A DNA stretch of 64,000 bases, taken from Callorhinchus milii (Eukaryota). Below the pieces are notes generated by a model, which was not told the origin of the DNA, ran no database searches, and worked only from the letters and a program-made list of their open reading frames with translations. Each line of letters starts with the position of its first letter. Position 1 is the first letter of the stretch. This document shows positions 63,399 to 64,000 of the stretch, piece by piece. The DNA lies in the NCBI RefSeq assembly GCF_018977255.1, contig NW_024704743.1, positions 86,802,001 through 86,866,000 of the forward strand. The letters run 5' to 3'. Made by a program: the position numbers and the translations under genes.

Positions 63399-64000
63399 TT
63401 GATCAAAAAAAAATTCAATGAAGCTTTCTACCTCAAGTCATTTGTGAATAGTGTGAAGAGTAAGCAGGATCTAATCTTGTCACTTTGAGCCCTTGGTAAC
63501 ACATGCATCCTGTCACTGTGAGTTTATGAAAATAACTCACAATGACCCTTGGATATAAAGGAGCTCAAAATGACCCTGCTACCTCTAGAGTACTCATCAT
63601 CATTGCCTTTCACAGGAATACCTGTAAAGGGGGAGAATCTGCCATGGACAAAGCTTATATGGAAAACAAAGACCAACATAGGCTGATCTGAAAAGAGCGT
63701 TACTCTACTGGGAAATACACATTTTTATTAGCAATTTTATTTTGAAAGAATGTGACTTGGCTACAGCCAATTGTCCATTTTCTTTTTTTAAAAAAAGCTT
63801 TCCTTATGCCTCAAAATCGTTCAGCAAATCAGATAAAAAGAAAATGCTGGAAATCTGAAATAAACAAACTGCTAGGCCCAGTAACGAAGAACTGTTACAC
63901 CCGGAATCTTAACATTGTTTTCAGGCGCTGATGTGAATTTTTCAGAGCAGAGGGCTGGCAGGCTGGTACATCTAAGACAGATCACTAGGAGGTGCCCAAC

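Noticed and set aside
32893..64000. Upstream ZFPM2 exon (ending WDGP) or a promoter/CpG island
   Set aside because: No matching exon or CpG island found by eye; it probably lies outside the window, although a diverged short exon could have been missed.
1..64000. CRISPR array or prokaryotic-type system
   Set aside because: No regularly spaced repeat-spacer structure or operon-like ORFs; the sequence is vertebrate intronic DNA.

Overview
Vertebrate genomic DNA, most likely from a cartilaginous fish (the repeat landscape resembles elephant shark, Callorhinchus milii; this is an inference). The window appears to lie inside the ZFPM2 (FOG2) gene on the minus strand. Two coding exons of its N-terminal PR/SET-like region are present (32771-32892 and 13192-13303), with canonical GT-AG ends and matching phase. 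The rest is intron, rich in retroposons: 5'-truncated L2 LINEs, CR1 fragments, one L1-type RT relic, young tRNA(Ala)-like SINEs sharing a 3' stem-loop tail with L2, and older Deu-domain SINEs. The most notable observations are: (1) short fold-back insertions with 11-12 bp target-site duplications that carry decayed minimal hammerhead-ribozyme motifs (Penelope-type pseudo-LTRs); (2) an unclassified dispersed repeat with an invariant 33-nt hairpin core, one copy of which contains a template-switch inversion; (3) templated micro-duplications at retroposon junctions; (4) TE-poor, GATA-site-rich intronic blocks; (5) a minisatellite carrying repeated 5' splice-site mimics. No database searches were run, and most ORFs in the track are spurious or TE-derived.
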